Source: Vicugna vicugna (taxonomy: Eukaryota). From it: a stretch of 64,000 nt of DNA. The DNA lies in the NCBI GenBank assembly GCA_013265495.1, contig MU058009.1, forward strand, positions 1,056,001 to 1,120,000, written 5' to 3'. The notes under the pieces are model-generated. The model worked only from the letters and a program-made list of their open reading frames with translations. It made no database searches and was not told the DNA's origin. This document shows, piece after piece, positions 38,000 through 51,096 of the stretch. A program made the translations under genes and the position numbers. Position 1 is the first letter of the stretch; every line of letters begins with the position of its first letter.

Positions 38000-38185
38000 T
38001 ACCTTGGTTGGAAATTCCGGCTGAGCATTTACAAGCTGTGACTTTGGCACGTTTTTTTATATCTTTGTTTCTCAGTTTCCTCTTCTGTGATGTAAGACGC
38101 GTCATTATCCCGGATGCATGAGGTTGTTTGGGGGGTTTAGCTGAGATAGTAAACTTCAGTATCTGGTACATAAGTCCTCAATGAG
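38000..38185 (+). mobile_element. MIR SINE
   Basis: agctgtgactttggcac...ctcagtttcctcttctgtga...atgaggttgttt. Confidence 0.75.
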
Positions 38186-38310
38186 CAATGCCAACCATAC
38201 TTAGTCATACGAGAAAATGAGAGACATAACTTGATGCCAGTAGCAACACCTTTATACCTCATTTGTTTTGCTTGATTTGGGATTTGGATAATAGTTTCTA
38301 GCGAACATAT

Positions 38311-38385
38311 TTAGGCTGAAGTATATGACATTGCTGATATTCAGCCATTCCGACCATAAAAATAGTGATACAATTTGGTTCAATA
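38311..38385. mobile_element. Mariner-derived MITE (MADE2-like)
   Basis: ttaggctgaagtatatgacattgctgatattcagccattccgaccataaaaatagtgatacaatttggttcaa, about 75 bp. Confidence 0.6.
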
Positions 38386-38780
38386 GTTTTACATATGTAT
38401 ATATCTCTCTATATATAGTCATTCATATATATATATAGGTATATACATATTACTGTATTCAGTCTTTTAAGAGCGCTGGAGGGCTATTAGGTACATATTA
38501 TTTTCATTTTAGAGAGTAAAGCTCAGAGAAGTGAAGTGACACAGCATAGCAATGAGGAGGGAACCCTGTTTCCAACTTCAGTTTTTGGGTTCAAGTCCTA
38601 CTTTCCTTCTAAGACAAAATGAGCATCTTAAAGAGTGTGAGGAATCCCTTGAAATGTTATAGATATATTTTTGTAGAAATACATAAAAATAAATTTATAT
38701 TTATAAGTATAAATATAAATATATAGAACTGAAACTGAATTTTGTTGACATAAATGTCCCTTGCCTAGAGTATATTATAT

Positions 38781-38852
38781 TGTATATTAGTCAGGATCAT
38801 CTAGGGAAACAGAGCTAACAGGAGATATACATATATATATATATATATATAT
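38781..38852. mobile_element. MLT2 (ERVL) LTR terminal fragment with (TA)n
   Basis: tattagtcaggatcatctagggaaacagagctaacaggagatatacatata. Confidence 0.65.
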
Positions 38853-38854
38853 AG

Positions 38855-39590
38855 GGTTTAGCCTTTTAGGAATGCTTTCTGATACTCCCCTCTTTCCTTG
38901 ACCATGACCCCTATATGTTTTCCTCTGTGCCTTGTCAGACTTTGAATATTATAGCTGAAGTCCACCGGTTTTAATAGAAGTCCTCAGAGCCAAAGCCACT
39001 TCGATGTTCTGACTTCCTCTGTTAGATTCTTGCTTTCACTTATTTTTTTGGCCTCCAAGTCTTTATTTTCTTATCTACTCATTGATGCATTTAAAAATAT
39101 TTTAAAGTATATTTTAGTCAGCATGTTTGTTTCAGGTGGATGATAGTCAGATTACCTAAACTGATCTCACTGAAAATAGAAGACTCCATGGTAAAGAAAT
39201 TTACCCTCTATTTCTTCATCTATTAACTGATACAAATTATCTTGACTCCCCATTAGGCTAAATGAGAGCCACTGAGCCCCCAACATTTTCTCCAACTGAC
39301 CTCTCTCACCCATCATCCAATTTCTGCAAGTGAGAACTTACATTGTCTATCCTGTATCATTTATAGTGTAGTTAGAGCATCTGTGTTTGGTCTGTAAAGT
39401 GATTTTAACATTAAAAGCCAATAAATGGTATTTACAAAGTATTTATCTAAACGTTATAATTGCAAAATTAAATATTGTTTGAGCTGTTAAAAAAAAGTAA
39501 ATGTTGCCCAATATCACTTAAATTTTGTGGTTCATCAAATGCTCAGTACCATTCCATAGGTTGAGCCAAACAAATTTGAATAGCTATACA
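38855..39590 (-). mobile_element. Old L1ME-like 5'/inter-ORF fragments
   Basis: Degenerate phrases such as cctcagagccaaagccactt and attaaaagccaataaatggtatttaca. Confidence 0.45.
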
Positions 39591-39613
39591 TATATCCCAC
39601 ACACATACACACA

Positions 39614-40921
39614 GAGCTGATCCTCATTATTTCCAGATTCCATATTTGCAAAGTCACCTAAATTTTATTTGTAACCTCCAAATCAATACTTGAATCACTT
39701 TCTTATTCATTCATGGACATATGCAGAGTGACAAAAATTTTGAGTTGCCCAGTGTGGATTTTACTAGCTGAGGTCAAACTAGGTAATGCTCTGACTTCTT
39801 GTCTAAGCTCTCTCATTGTAACCAAGCTTCCCCTTTGCTGTGTATTGAATGCCACATTTTTGTCCCTTTTTACTTAAGTTTAAAATGGCTTCTATACAGA
39901 AAACAGACTTGTGGTTACCGAAGGAGAGAGGGAAGGGAGGACAAATTAGGAGCAGAAGATTAATAGATACAAACTACTATGTATAAAATAGATAAGCAAC
40001 AAGGATATACTGTATAGCACAGAGAATTATAGCCATTACCTTGTAATAACCTCTAATGGAATATAATCTGCAAAAATACTGAATCACTATGCTGTACGCC
40101 TGAAACTAAAATTACATTGTAAATCAGCTGTACATCAATAATTAATTCACTGCTTTAAAAATGGCATCCAAGTGCAGTGCTGGAGTATTTATTGCCCAGT
40201 GTTCCTAAGTGCAAGAAAACTGTGATCTGCCTTATGGAGAAAAACAAATGTGTGTTGGTTGAGTTTCATTTAGGCATAAGTTACAATGCCTTGTGATGTT
40301 GCTTGTGAGTTCAATGTTGGTGAATCAAATATATGGTACATCCCAAAATGGAAGAAGAAATTTTGCAGATCTGTACATGAGGCTGCTCTAAGAAGTGCTA
40401 ACGTAACATCTATAGTGTGTGATGAAGTGGTGGAAAAGATGGAATAGTGGTTAAATTTGTGGATTCATGTGATGATGATAGATTTGAAAAAAAGCACTGT
40501 GATGAGGCCAAGAGCCAAAGTAACTGACAGACGTTACCCTGGGCCGGGAAAATGGTAAACCTTCTCAGCTAGTGCAACCTGGTTTGCACTTTTCAAAAGA
40601 TAATGTGGCATAAAAAAATATTAAACTTGCAGGAGAGGCAATTTCTGCAATCAAGAGTCTGCAAAAGAATTCTTAAAAATACCTGCTAAGTGTTGAAAAG
40701 AACAAAGGTAATTTTGAAAAAAAAAACATGTTTTTAATGCTAATGAGACTGGTTTCTTTTACAAGGGCATCGACAAACAAACCTGCATAACGTAAAGGTG
40801 CTTCATTTGAGGTAAGTGTTGTGAGCAGGGGCTCCAGCAAAGCAGTGGTTCAGTCCTTGTTAATTCAGGGTTCATGGTGACCTTACAGAACACCACGGCA
40901 GTGAAACATGAGAACTGACTG
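39614..40921 (+). mobile_element. Tigger DNA transposon (Tigger6-like), internally deleted, with transposase remnant
   Basis: Degenerate TIRs (gctgatcctcatt / atgagaactgactg+TA). The remnant reads MA...VPKCKKTVICLMEK...CEFNVGES and FNANETG (pogo DDE motif FNADETG) at about 40735-40755. Confidence 0.85.
39893..40157 (+). mobile_element. 5'-truncated artiodactyl-type L1 3' end nested in Tigger
   Basis: gaaaacagacttgtggttacc...ataagcaacaaggatatactgtatagcacag...gaatcactatgctgtacgcctgaaact; TSD aaaatggc(t/a)tc at 39882-39892 and 40158-40168. Confidence 0.9.
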
Positions 40922-43900
40922 TAGATACAGAGGCTGATAGAGACATAGACACATACAAGTTGGATCAGAAACTTTTTATATTGATGAGTATTAGACTACA
41001 TGAAGAAATTATTCATTTTAGAGGATAACAGATTTTTGGCCATTTTGAAGAATGCTCTTATTTTAAGAGAAGAATATAGAAATATATAGCTGTGGCTTGC
41101 CAAAATGCCTATAGTTAATTTTACATCAAAATTAATCAAAATGATTGAAATTTATATTTTCAAACCTTGTACTGATTTTTGTTTTTAATTTAAGTGATCA
41201 TATTTTACATTTTCAACACTTTGCTACTTTCGCCATTGTTCCTTTTTCATAGTAACCTGTTCTTGTTTTAGGGATACCATATATTTTTGAGAATATTTCT
41301 GAGGTTAATATATATCTATATCTGTCTCTACATATACGTAAATATTTATTTACATAATATCGGTTCTGCTTTGTACTCCATTGCTCCAAGGATCTGGGAG
41401 AGCCTGTTAGAGTGTGTGGACAGAGATCAGGCAGGCTGGTTTTGATCCACACCTACCTCAAACACCAAGATAAGGAGGGTTTTATTCTGCATTGCTAACT
41501 TTTATACAGAAATTATTTTTCTTTGACTATATTAATGGTAGTAATTGTAGCAGTAGTATTAACATACCTTTTCTTTGTTAAAAAATAGTTTGAAAAACTA
41601 TAAATCTATAATCTTATAAAGTATAAGTAAATGCCTTTTATTTTCCTCTCACATTTATCAACTCCATTTCATAGAAGCCTTCATTGTTTTACTTTGTATT
41701 ATGTGCCAATTCAGGCTATCCTGGTATTAATTAGTGTTTTTATTTATTAACTAATATTATTTGACATTTTACTGTGTGGTAGGCTTTTTCTTATTTATTT
41801 ACATCAGTGTGGGCCCATGCAGTCCTACTTTCTTCAATAGATTACAACCTGGTTTAGTAATTCTTTATTTTGATGCTCAAATTATCCACTATTTTAATTA
41901 AATATATATCAAATAATTCCCCACATCCTTTTGTTATGCCCACTTTACTCTTTGGGGCAAGTGGATTGTTGATTATCTCACTGCTTGAACAGAGGCTGAG
42001 GAGAAAATGTAGGACATGTGGTCTAAACATTTCATACAATGAAATCTTTATAATTAATCTTTTTCTGACCCGGAGCCCAGTCGTGGTCCCCACACCTGCC
42101 ATGCAGATCTTGGAGCATCCCTGGAATTCTGCCTGGAAGAAGAAATTCCACCTCTGCAACTGGCTGTTCTTATTTTTAACAGAGATTCCTTCCCTCCACT
42201 CTGATTTTATCCCTCAGGGAGAATCTTTTCACCTTCATCTTTCAAAAATATTTCTGGTTTTCTCCTGAAGATGTTTTCTACCGCACTTTTTAACTGAGAA
42301 TAAAAATAAGCTATTTTTGAAACACGGTTCTTATTATGATTGATATACAATATTGTATCATAACTTTATTTACATAGTATGTTGTACAGTTTATAAGGGG
42401 AAATCTATTAATCTGTCTTTATATCCTGATGAGGGAAGGATAAGAATTATTACCACTAAATTTGAAAAAAATAACGATTTTTGAAATTACTGAATTTACA
42501 ACTTATAAAGTAAGCAAATGATGCAGCCAGGGGCAAAAATCCATGGCTTTCACTGTTGACCTCTCTGGACTTCAGTTTCTTTTTTTTGTTGGAAGGTAAG
42601 GTCAGTATATGATCCCCACAGGGAGATTTTATGAATGAATGATTCTTAGCCAGATAGTCTCCATCTATGTTAGGCATTCTTACCCTCATTCTTCATAAAG
42701 AAAATCAGGATTATTAAATATCCTTGATAAGACATATAAATTATCATTCAAGTAGTGTGTGCTTGTTGTAGAATGATGCAGTTTCAGTACCTGGAATGTA
42801 AATCTTCAAGTCAAGATTTTGTAAGAATAAAATGACCCATGGTCAGTGATCTCTTTTGTCATTTTCTCTACAGGAGGGAGGATGATAGAAATATCCGTGC
42901 ACCTCCTGAGGGGGGCCTTGGCACACACTAATAATTGTAAAGTGCTTCAAAGAAACAGAGGGCTGACTTAATGGTAGCGAGGACTGGGTAAATATGAAAA
43001 GTATTCTACTGTGATAGCAATGTTCTCCTAAATGACAAGTCAGGGAGGGGTCTGTCGGGCTCTGTGTCCTGGTTCAATTATTAAAGAGCTGAAGTGGCCC
43101 TGTGCCCAAATGTTTACAGTCACAACCAAGGGCAATGGGAGTTTAGCTTGAACCAGTTGAGATCAGTTAGATGGTTCACAATCATGTATTCCTATAACGC
43201 AAGCAGAATGCAATTAAGTATTTCTTTTAACATTGAAAACAATTATATCTAATAGGAGAAAGCCTTATTGGTGTGGCTGGACTTTGGGTATTAAAAATAT
43301 TGTCCAAGTTTAAATTATGTTGTTTATTATCCATGATGATTCCACTGGTGCACTTGGGAAGGGGGAGATGAAAGCGGTTTTTATCTCATTAGCATGTCTT
43401 CACTGGTAACTGTTTGCAACATTAGTTCCCTTTGATCTTCCTTTTGATTACAGTGTGCGGGAGCTGATATAATCTGTTATTATTTCCATTAATAACTAAG
43501 TATCTCTTGTGGTTGACAAGGCAATTTGTTATTATCAGGTTGCCTTTGTGCAGAGCAAAGAGGTTTGCACCCGCTCCCCCACCCAGCCTGTGTCAAACAA
43601 GCAGCCAGGAGAGGCTGCCCTCTTCACAGGGCCTCTGCCAGAGCGGCTGGGCAAAGACAGGAAGCACCTTGCCAGTGAGATGGAGAATCCGGGGTGGAGA
43701 TCCTAATCTGGACACGATTTCTGCCTCAGAGGCTTCAGCAAATTGGGCAGTCTAACCCCAAGCACGTTTTGCTGACCCTGTTTTGTTTTCTCCAGGATTG
43801 AGTTGGACAAGAAGAGAAGAGGCGGGTTAAGGACAGACATGAGATAGCGGTGATGAATCTGAAGTTTCTTCTGCAGCAAGCGAAGTGTATTCTCATTGTC

Positions 43901-44700
43901 ATGTCCTCGCTATTTCAGCTTTCCAAAATTTGAGTTTTGGCAGACTCTGAAGGTGAAAGATTTGCAACTCAAGAGGCTTTATTGTCAAGTTTCTATATTT
44001 GGCTTGAATTAATGGGTGTCTGCCATCTTCATTCCCAGGGACTGTGAGATATTTGACAAATTTTGACACATACAAGGATAATTTTCTTCCACTTCCAAAA
44101 TGACTCCACCTTCCAAAATAATACAGTGGTTGAGTCATTAAGAGAGAAAAGACAGAATGGAGTTGAGCTCAGCTCAAGATTCGGCAACCTCATCTCTTTT
44201 AAGTAGAACGAGGGCATCGCAAAACACAAGCTTTTTCTAATGGATTGAATTGACACCTTGACTCTGACATATACTAGCAGGAGTGTCATTTTCTAAAAAA
44301 TCTGCTGGTTTGCAGGGCAGACTATATTCTTGGAAGCCTCACCTGTCCTATGAATTTAGCCAAACTGCCTCTATCAACAGCGCAGAGGGGGTGAGGGCGC
44401 TATTTAAAGTGGCAAAGTCAGTTGGAGGCAACTGCTGAAGAGCACGGCATTCCCCAAGGCAAGGTTCCCTCCGCGGGTTTACCTTCTGCTGCATAAATAG
44501 ACATAGACAATAGATCTCCGCATGTGGTCGTGAAAAGCCACGTGCCACTGCATGTCTGGGTCTGTGAGAAAGCATAGTGAGAAGAGAATGAATTAGGTAA
44601 ACCAGACAGTCCTGTCAGATCCTTTCAGGCCAATGTCACCCTCTGGGACAGTTCAGGTGATTTCAGATGCCCTTTTAATGGGGAGGTTACTGGATTTGTG

Positions 44701-44736
44701 GCAGAGCCCCCTAGTGGTCACAAGGATGAATGCAGT
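44701..44736 (-). promoter_or_regulatory. CTCF binding motif with upstream module
   Basis: The reverse strand reads CTGCATTCAT-CCTTG-TGACCACTAGGGGGCTC: core CCACTAGGGGGC plus a TGCA upstream motif at typical spacing. Confidence 0.7.
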
Positions 44737-45754
44737 TTCAGCAAGTCTTGATCCGATAAATTTCAGCTCTTTAATTGGTCCATCCAGATAGTGTCACAGT
44801 TGGTAGTGGATGCACCGGACTAGGTCAGAGCAAGCTGAACTCCCTTCCTGCTAAGGACTAGCACAGTGAGATCGCCCTTTAACTAGAATGGTTAGTTGCT
44901 TAGATGGTACCTGGCTGTGCTGAGACATGCTCGTTCATGCCCATCTTAGTAGTAACCAAGGAGTAGGAACATCTGCCTTCCCTTAATGCCTAATTATGGA
45001 CTTTCACTGAGCTTAGGAGCAGTGCACATGTCTTCTATTTTCTGTTCTGCCATGATTCGAGAGGATTCTTGTATTCTCGCTATTTTAAAATAAGCAAGAA
45101 GGTAGACAGTTCGGGACTTAGAGTCAAGACAAGTCAAAGTACTTTTCTTGGGATCCTCTGCTATCTACACAAAATAGAATTAAACGATATTTAGATTGTA
45201 CCCACATTGATTTCAGCCACTCTGCTTGTGAGCCTTGTTCTTTTTCAAATACCAAAGCAGTTCCAGACATTTCACTGTTTGGGTGGGGGAGGAGGGCGCC
45301 AACACAGAGCTTTGTCCACACTAGGTGATTACTTCCTCCAGAGATAGACTGACCTCTATTATTCTCTTCCTGGGTACAGAAATGATCGGCGGCCTTGAGG
45401 GTTCCATCCTGCCTCTCTTACTTTTATCCCAGGGAAGTCAGTCAACAGACTCCCTGGTTAGTAAGTAGCAACATTAAGCACCAAGTAGGGACTGCATGTT
45501 CCATTTGCTAGAAGGTGTGGAATTTATGTTCTGAGAAAGCTTCATGGAGTTCTCATTGTGACTCACTTTAATATAATAGAAATCAGCCATGATTTGTTAA
45601 TTTCATTTGTCCCTTCACAAGAAAGGAAAAAGCATTAATTGCATGGTGTTGGCAGAGGCTTTTCAGCTCATAAACTGAAATTTGACCAATGTTCTTCCAG
45701 AATCCAGCCCTAGGAAGTAGATGTCATCATTCTAACTTTAAAAATAAAGGAGCT

Positions 45755-45871
45755 AATGAAAAAAGAATATGAAAATGAATATATGTATGTATGTGCATGT
45801 CTGGGACATTGTGCTGTGCATGAGAAATTGACACATTGTAACTGACAGTATTTTAATTAATTTTTTTTTTT
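45755..45871 (+). mobile_element. Short camelid-type L1 3' end nested in a MIR
   Basis: aatgaaaaaagaatatgaaaatgaatatatgtatg...ctgggacattgtgctgtgcatgagaaattgacacattgtaactgac; the flanks are reverse MIR-like (gttcagagaaactgagtaacttccccaaagtta). Confidence 0.8.
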
Positions 45872-46479
45872 AAAAGGGAACCATGTTCAGAGAAACTGAG
45901 TAACTTCCCCAAAGTTAGACCATTTCTAGAGGTAGAAACATTCTTTGAAACCAAAGCTAAGATTCTTCACACTAGCACATAATTTTTCCCCTATTAATTT
46001 CTTTCTTGAAAGAGGAGAAGAAAAAGCTATAAAATTTCGAGTGAATTAGGCCCAGGGTGATTTTTGGAGTAATGGCTTTTTGACATGAAATATCTAACTT
46101 TTATTGGGTTGAATCATAGCCTCTGCAGGAGGTATCAGATAGACTGAGCAAGATTGAGGCTAATTATTTGGTGTAATTTGGTTGAGCTGCTATTATTATA
46201 ACTACATGTTAGAGAACAGTATTTAAAATCTGCTTCAGTATATAATTTGTGTAAATTGATTGATACGACTTTATTGTTTATCAATATAAAAACACTCATT
46301 TTTAGTTTTGAGAAAGCCCTCTTTCATCTTTAGAAACCTGAAGAATATAGGCCCTCAGAAACCATTACCTCCTGGAAATGTTTAGATTCGAGTTCCCCGG
46401 TGTCATTCCATCTTGTGCCCCTCATGGATGACGTGAAGGAGCGGGCTGACTGCTCTTGAAATGCCCTGTGAACAGCCTG

Positions 46480-46675
46480 GGCTGAGCGCACTGGACTTGG
46501 AGTCAGATGCAGGTTTGAACATGTGACCTTGGATAACTCATACACCCTCTCAAAGTTCCAGTCTCCTCAGAAGGCAAACCTCAGAGAAGCCTGCAAGGAT
46601 TAAACGACATATGTAAGCGAAAGGGTCGAACAGTATTTCCCATAAATAGTTTAGGTGCCTGATAATTGTTAGTTG
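46480..46675 (+). mobile_element. MIR SINE
   Basis: gcactggacttggagtcaga...tgtgaccttggataac...aggattaaacgacatatgtaa. Confidence 0.75.
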
Positions 46676-47359
46676 GACCTGAATCTATTTCCAAAGCAAA
46701 ATTAGGTTATGGGAGTATTTTTTTGTAAGTGATTAGAAAAGCTTTTTTGGCTTCCTTTGCTCAGCAACCAGGTTACATCGGTTAGGGCACAACTGTCTTG
46801 AGGTTTAGGAAGAGCACAAAAACCTCATGCATTTACGTGACAGCCCAGCTCTGAGAGGACAGATGTGAAGTCGTGAAACACTGAAGAATAATGCATTCTG
46901 GCTAAGCTGGGCCTGCATCGCCTTCCAGGAGCTCCTCTTATTAGCCAGGCTTGTCAAGAACTAATCACCAGCTTTCAAGTTTTGTAAAGCTACTCTGAAG
47001 GTTTACTTTAACCCTACCATACACAAAAATGTTTGTATTGCTACCCACTGATAAGGAAACTATTAGCATTCATTAAGTACAGCCATAAATCTCTCCCTCT
47101 TGGAAGAGCAACAATGCAGCCTTCCAGCTGCCGTAATGAATGCAGCGTTTAATCTCTCCTTGGGAGAGTGTCCTCACTGCACTCTTCTACTGTGGTTAGA
47201 CGCTCGGGGAAGAGCACAGCATTCTGGGAATGAGACTGATGACAAAGGATTTACACTCTTGCTTGACTTTAAATCTGGAGAGCCTCCAAGTTATAATTAA
47301 AGCCGAAACCTTGATTTCAAAGAGGAAAGGCAAGGAAAAGTGACTTATTCCGGAAGGTT

Positions 47360-47585
47360 TGCTGAGTACCTACTGCAAATGACACACTCTATAGAAGGAA
47401 CTTTTTATCTGTAGCTCATTTTCGCCTCATAACCACCCTCCAAGTTCTTGCTCGAGTAATGTTACAGAGGGGGAAAGAGAGACTCGGGAGGCTCATTTAG
47501 CAGTCCTAGAGCAGAGACCGAATACAGCACAAGCATAGTGGAATCTGAATTTATTTATCTCTGTCTTTAGAGCCCAGATGCTGTT
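47360..47585 (-). mobile_element. MIR SINE
   Basis: gctgagtacctact...ctcattttcgcctcataaccaccct...ttacagaggggga. Confidence 0.65.
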
Positions 47586-50254
47586 CCCAAGAGCAGTGCC
47601 TTATTTCTTTTCAGACGTCAGACGTCTCTAGGTGAGAAGTGTATGAGTTCTCTGGTAGACCTTGTGGGGTTGGGACCTCATTTCTATCTTACAGAACGTC
47701 TGTAGCATATGAACGCGAAGACGTCTCAGTCTCACTTTGCCGATGCACCGTCTTGGGAATGTCACTGAGGAACAGCATCCTGGGTTTTAATATTTTTAAA
47801 TACATTCCTCTGTGAGCTCTGCCTTCTTCCTTCCATATTCCCTGATGGAAAATACCTGGCGTCCCATGCGATCTGCGGCCGCTGCACAGCTGAGCTAGGG
47901 AGCATCAGAACCAATGGCCCATGGATAGAGAGACGTTTCTTTCTTTCTCTATGGACCAATAAAAGAGATGCCGTCTGATTCTGGGCTAAACTATCAAGAC
48001 CCAGGCAGATACCGTAGCTCCTTGTCTTCCCCCTCCATATGTTTCTTCTTCAGGAATCTAGATTTCCACTATTGTGCAAACCCTGAGATTCTTGAACAGC
48101 TGGCAGTGAATGATCCTCATTGCCAAGGAGACTTGAAAGAAAAGGAAAACCAACAATTCCAATTCTGAAGACATAACCCTCCCATCAGCTTTCATGCAGG
48201 AACCACCCTCATGCTGGCTTTCTGTAGGCGCCTTCCACCCGTGGGAGAAGAGGTTATTGTGCTGGGAGTGCTGGGCATCGGGGAACGCTGCTTTGATTAT
48301 TTTATCTAGAAAAATCGAAGGTCACCTTGAACATTAGTTTCAAGGTCTAGAGCAGCATAGTTTACAAAAAAAAAAAATGGAACAGCTGCCTTCTTGTTCA
48401 ACACAAAGGAAGCAAAAATCAAACAAAAACAGGCAAATAAACTAGTTCGATATTTCAGAGAGCTCCAGTGAAACTGGCACCTTTTAAATGTATCAGTAAA
48501 TCACATTAGAAACCGGAGATCATGTCTAAGGCAGAGAGGTTGTGGTGCCCAGGCGGGGGCTGTCTTCCAGGCCGGATGGCGATTCCATGCATGCTGACGA
48601 AGAATCTACCAGCTCAGTTTTGTTCAACTGGCAGTCCGTCCCAGTTTGAGTCCATTCAGAAATATTACACTGAAATATCAGTTTTAAATAAGCTTCATAG
48701 GTGATTGCCAGGGTTGGTTTAACATTTTATTTAAACTTTCCATGCTTAGCATGAATTCACTCGATAAGCCTTCTATTCTGTAGGAGACAGAAAAGGAAAT
48801 GGGGGCACCCCAGTTAAAAGGAATTGTTCTTATAATTACTTCATGATCTCTGCATCTTATATGTCTTTACCTTGCCTCTCAGTTACATTTTCACTATCTC
48901 ACTCCCCTAAGAAAGAAATAAGAGGCATGTTTGTGCACCCTAAAGAGAAAAAATGTAGGGTGGGGGTAAAAATCTCTCTTCAAATGAATTGAAAATAAAA
49001 TCTGTGTGACGTCATCATACCTAATACACTGTGGCAATAGTACTTTTGTCCCGGTAGGAGTTTAACCATTTGCACGTCTTTTCAGTTCCCTTAAGTCACT
49101 TCAAACAACAAACAGATAAATAAAAGATTATTGGTTTCTTCTCCAGGAGAGAGCTGGAGAGATTCCTCATTTTAGGATGAGAGAACACTGAAAGGCCGAT
49201 GATTGGCAAGGGTCCAGAAACAGGTTTGGGTTTTATGTTCTTTTCGGGCCTGACACCTGGTTCAGGGAAGGTCTTTCTATCCTTCGGTTTCCATCCCTGC
49301 TTCTTTATTGCAGGAAAAGAAAGACACTCGGGTACCTCCCGTGTCCTGAGCTTTTGTGAGCGTTCTTTACCTTTGGGAGTGGTCATGTTGTCACAAAGCT
49401 TAACAAAAACAGTTTCCCAGTATTCTCTAGTACATCAGCAGAGATTTTTCTTGAGACTTTAATGGGCTGGAAGAATAAAGGAGTCATGATGTTCTACAGG
49501 ACCCAGAATTGATTTTTTCCAATCAACTGAGTCTCCCCAGCGCTAGGGATCCCGTGGGCTGGAGCAGCAGCCCCATGGAGTGCTGGGGACTGCTCCTAAG
49601 AGAACCAGGCTCTGAGTTGGTATCAAGTACATTAGCCATGTGGCACAGTGTGCCCAGACCTCCAAACGCCTCCAGCTTGGTGTTTTATTTTTGTTTTATG
49701 AATCCAATTATTTGTAAATTCTGAATAGCCAAACATTGATTTGTTTTGGTTCATTCACAACAGTGCCTAAATTTATCCATGTGTTCTTCTCAAATCAACC
49801 AGCTAGATTTTCCTTATTTATACTAAGTTAATCTAATGTATAAATGATTTTGAAGTTGAAGGAAAAACTATATCCTTTGAGTATGTTCTCCCATTTGCTG
49901 TATAATTAAAAGTGGCAAATGAGATCTGTGAACCAATGTGATTTCTTGAAAATAGAAATAAGAAAAATGTGGCATTAGAAATAAAGTTCCATTTTTCCCT
50001 AGCCTCCTTTTACTCTGTCTCCAAATTTTACTGAAAGCTTTAAAATTAGTATTCAAGATTATTAAAAGGGCCATTAAAATGAGGGAAAAAATTATGCTGT
50101 GGTTTCTGTTCCTTTGTATCAAATCATAAAGCTGATACTTCAATTTATGGCCATTCAGAGATATTTATTTAGTTGCCTGAATTTGCTTGGTTCAAAATAT
50201 TCCCATTCTGCAATCCCAATAAACCCATATTTGCCATCGATGTTTTTCTTTTTC

Positions 50255-51095
50255 TTTTAAAATAGCTTTATCAAAGCACAATTGATAGATAAAAATTACT
50301 CAGGCTGAAACTGGACAATTTGATAAGTTGAGACAAACATATATATAGTCACTCAAAACCATCGTCATCTTCAAGAAAATGAAGCAGCCATTGCTCCCCA
50401 GTTTCCTTGAGCCCCGTTGTCATCTTGCCCTCCTGCCCTTTCCTTAACTCCTTATCTCCAGACAATCACTGGGCTGCTTTCTGTTACTATACATTTGTTT
50501 ACGTTTTCAATTACTTTGCATGAAGGGAATTACACAGTGCGTACCCTTCCTGTCCATTTGCTTTATTACAAAGTCATCACGTATCATGTGGTTCCAACCC
50601 AGTCTGTTTACCTACTCACTTCTTGTTGGACTTCTGGCTGGTATTCAGATTTTGTAGATGTTCAGACAGAGCTGATATGTACATTTTTAAACAAGTCTTT
50701 GTATAGTTAGAAGATTTCATTTCTCTTGCGTAAATAAATACCTAGGCTTTGAATGGTTGGATCTTATGTTACATGAATATTTAACTTTTTAAAGACACTG
50801 CCAGACTGTTTTCCAAACTGGTTGTATCATTTTACATTTAGATCAGCACTGCATACGATTTAGAATGACGCCAAAACGTCTCCAACACCCGGTCAGTGTT
50901 TCAGTTCTGTACACTTTAACAGATGTGTATGCGTAGGTCACTGTGGCAGTAACATTTCTCTCTTGTGGAATTTAGCATGATCTACACGTGCTAATTTACA
51001 ATTTATATATCATCTTTGGTGCAATGTCTGTTCAAGTACTTTGCTACTTTTATTGAATTATTTGTTTTCTCATTATTGAATTTTGAGAAATCTTT
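50255..51095 (-). mobile_element. L1M (L1MB/ME-like) 3' end
   Basis: tagctttatcaaagcacaattga...gacaatcactgggctgctttctgttactata...actgccagactgttttccaaactggttgtatcattttacatt. Confidence 0.85.
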
Positions 51096-51096
51096 A

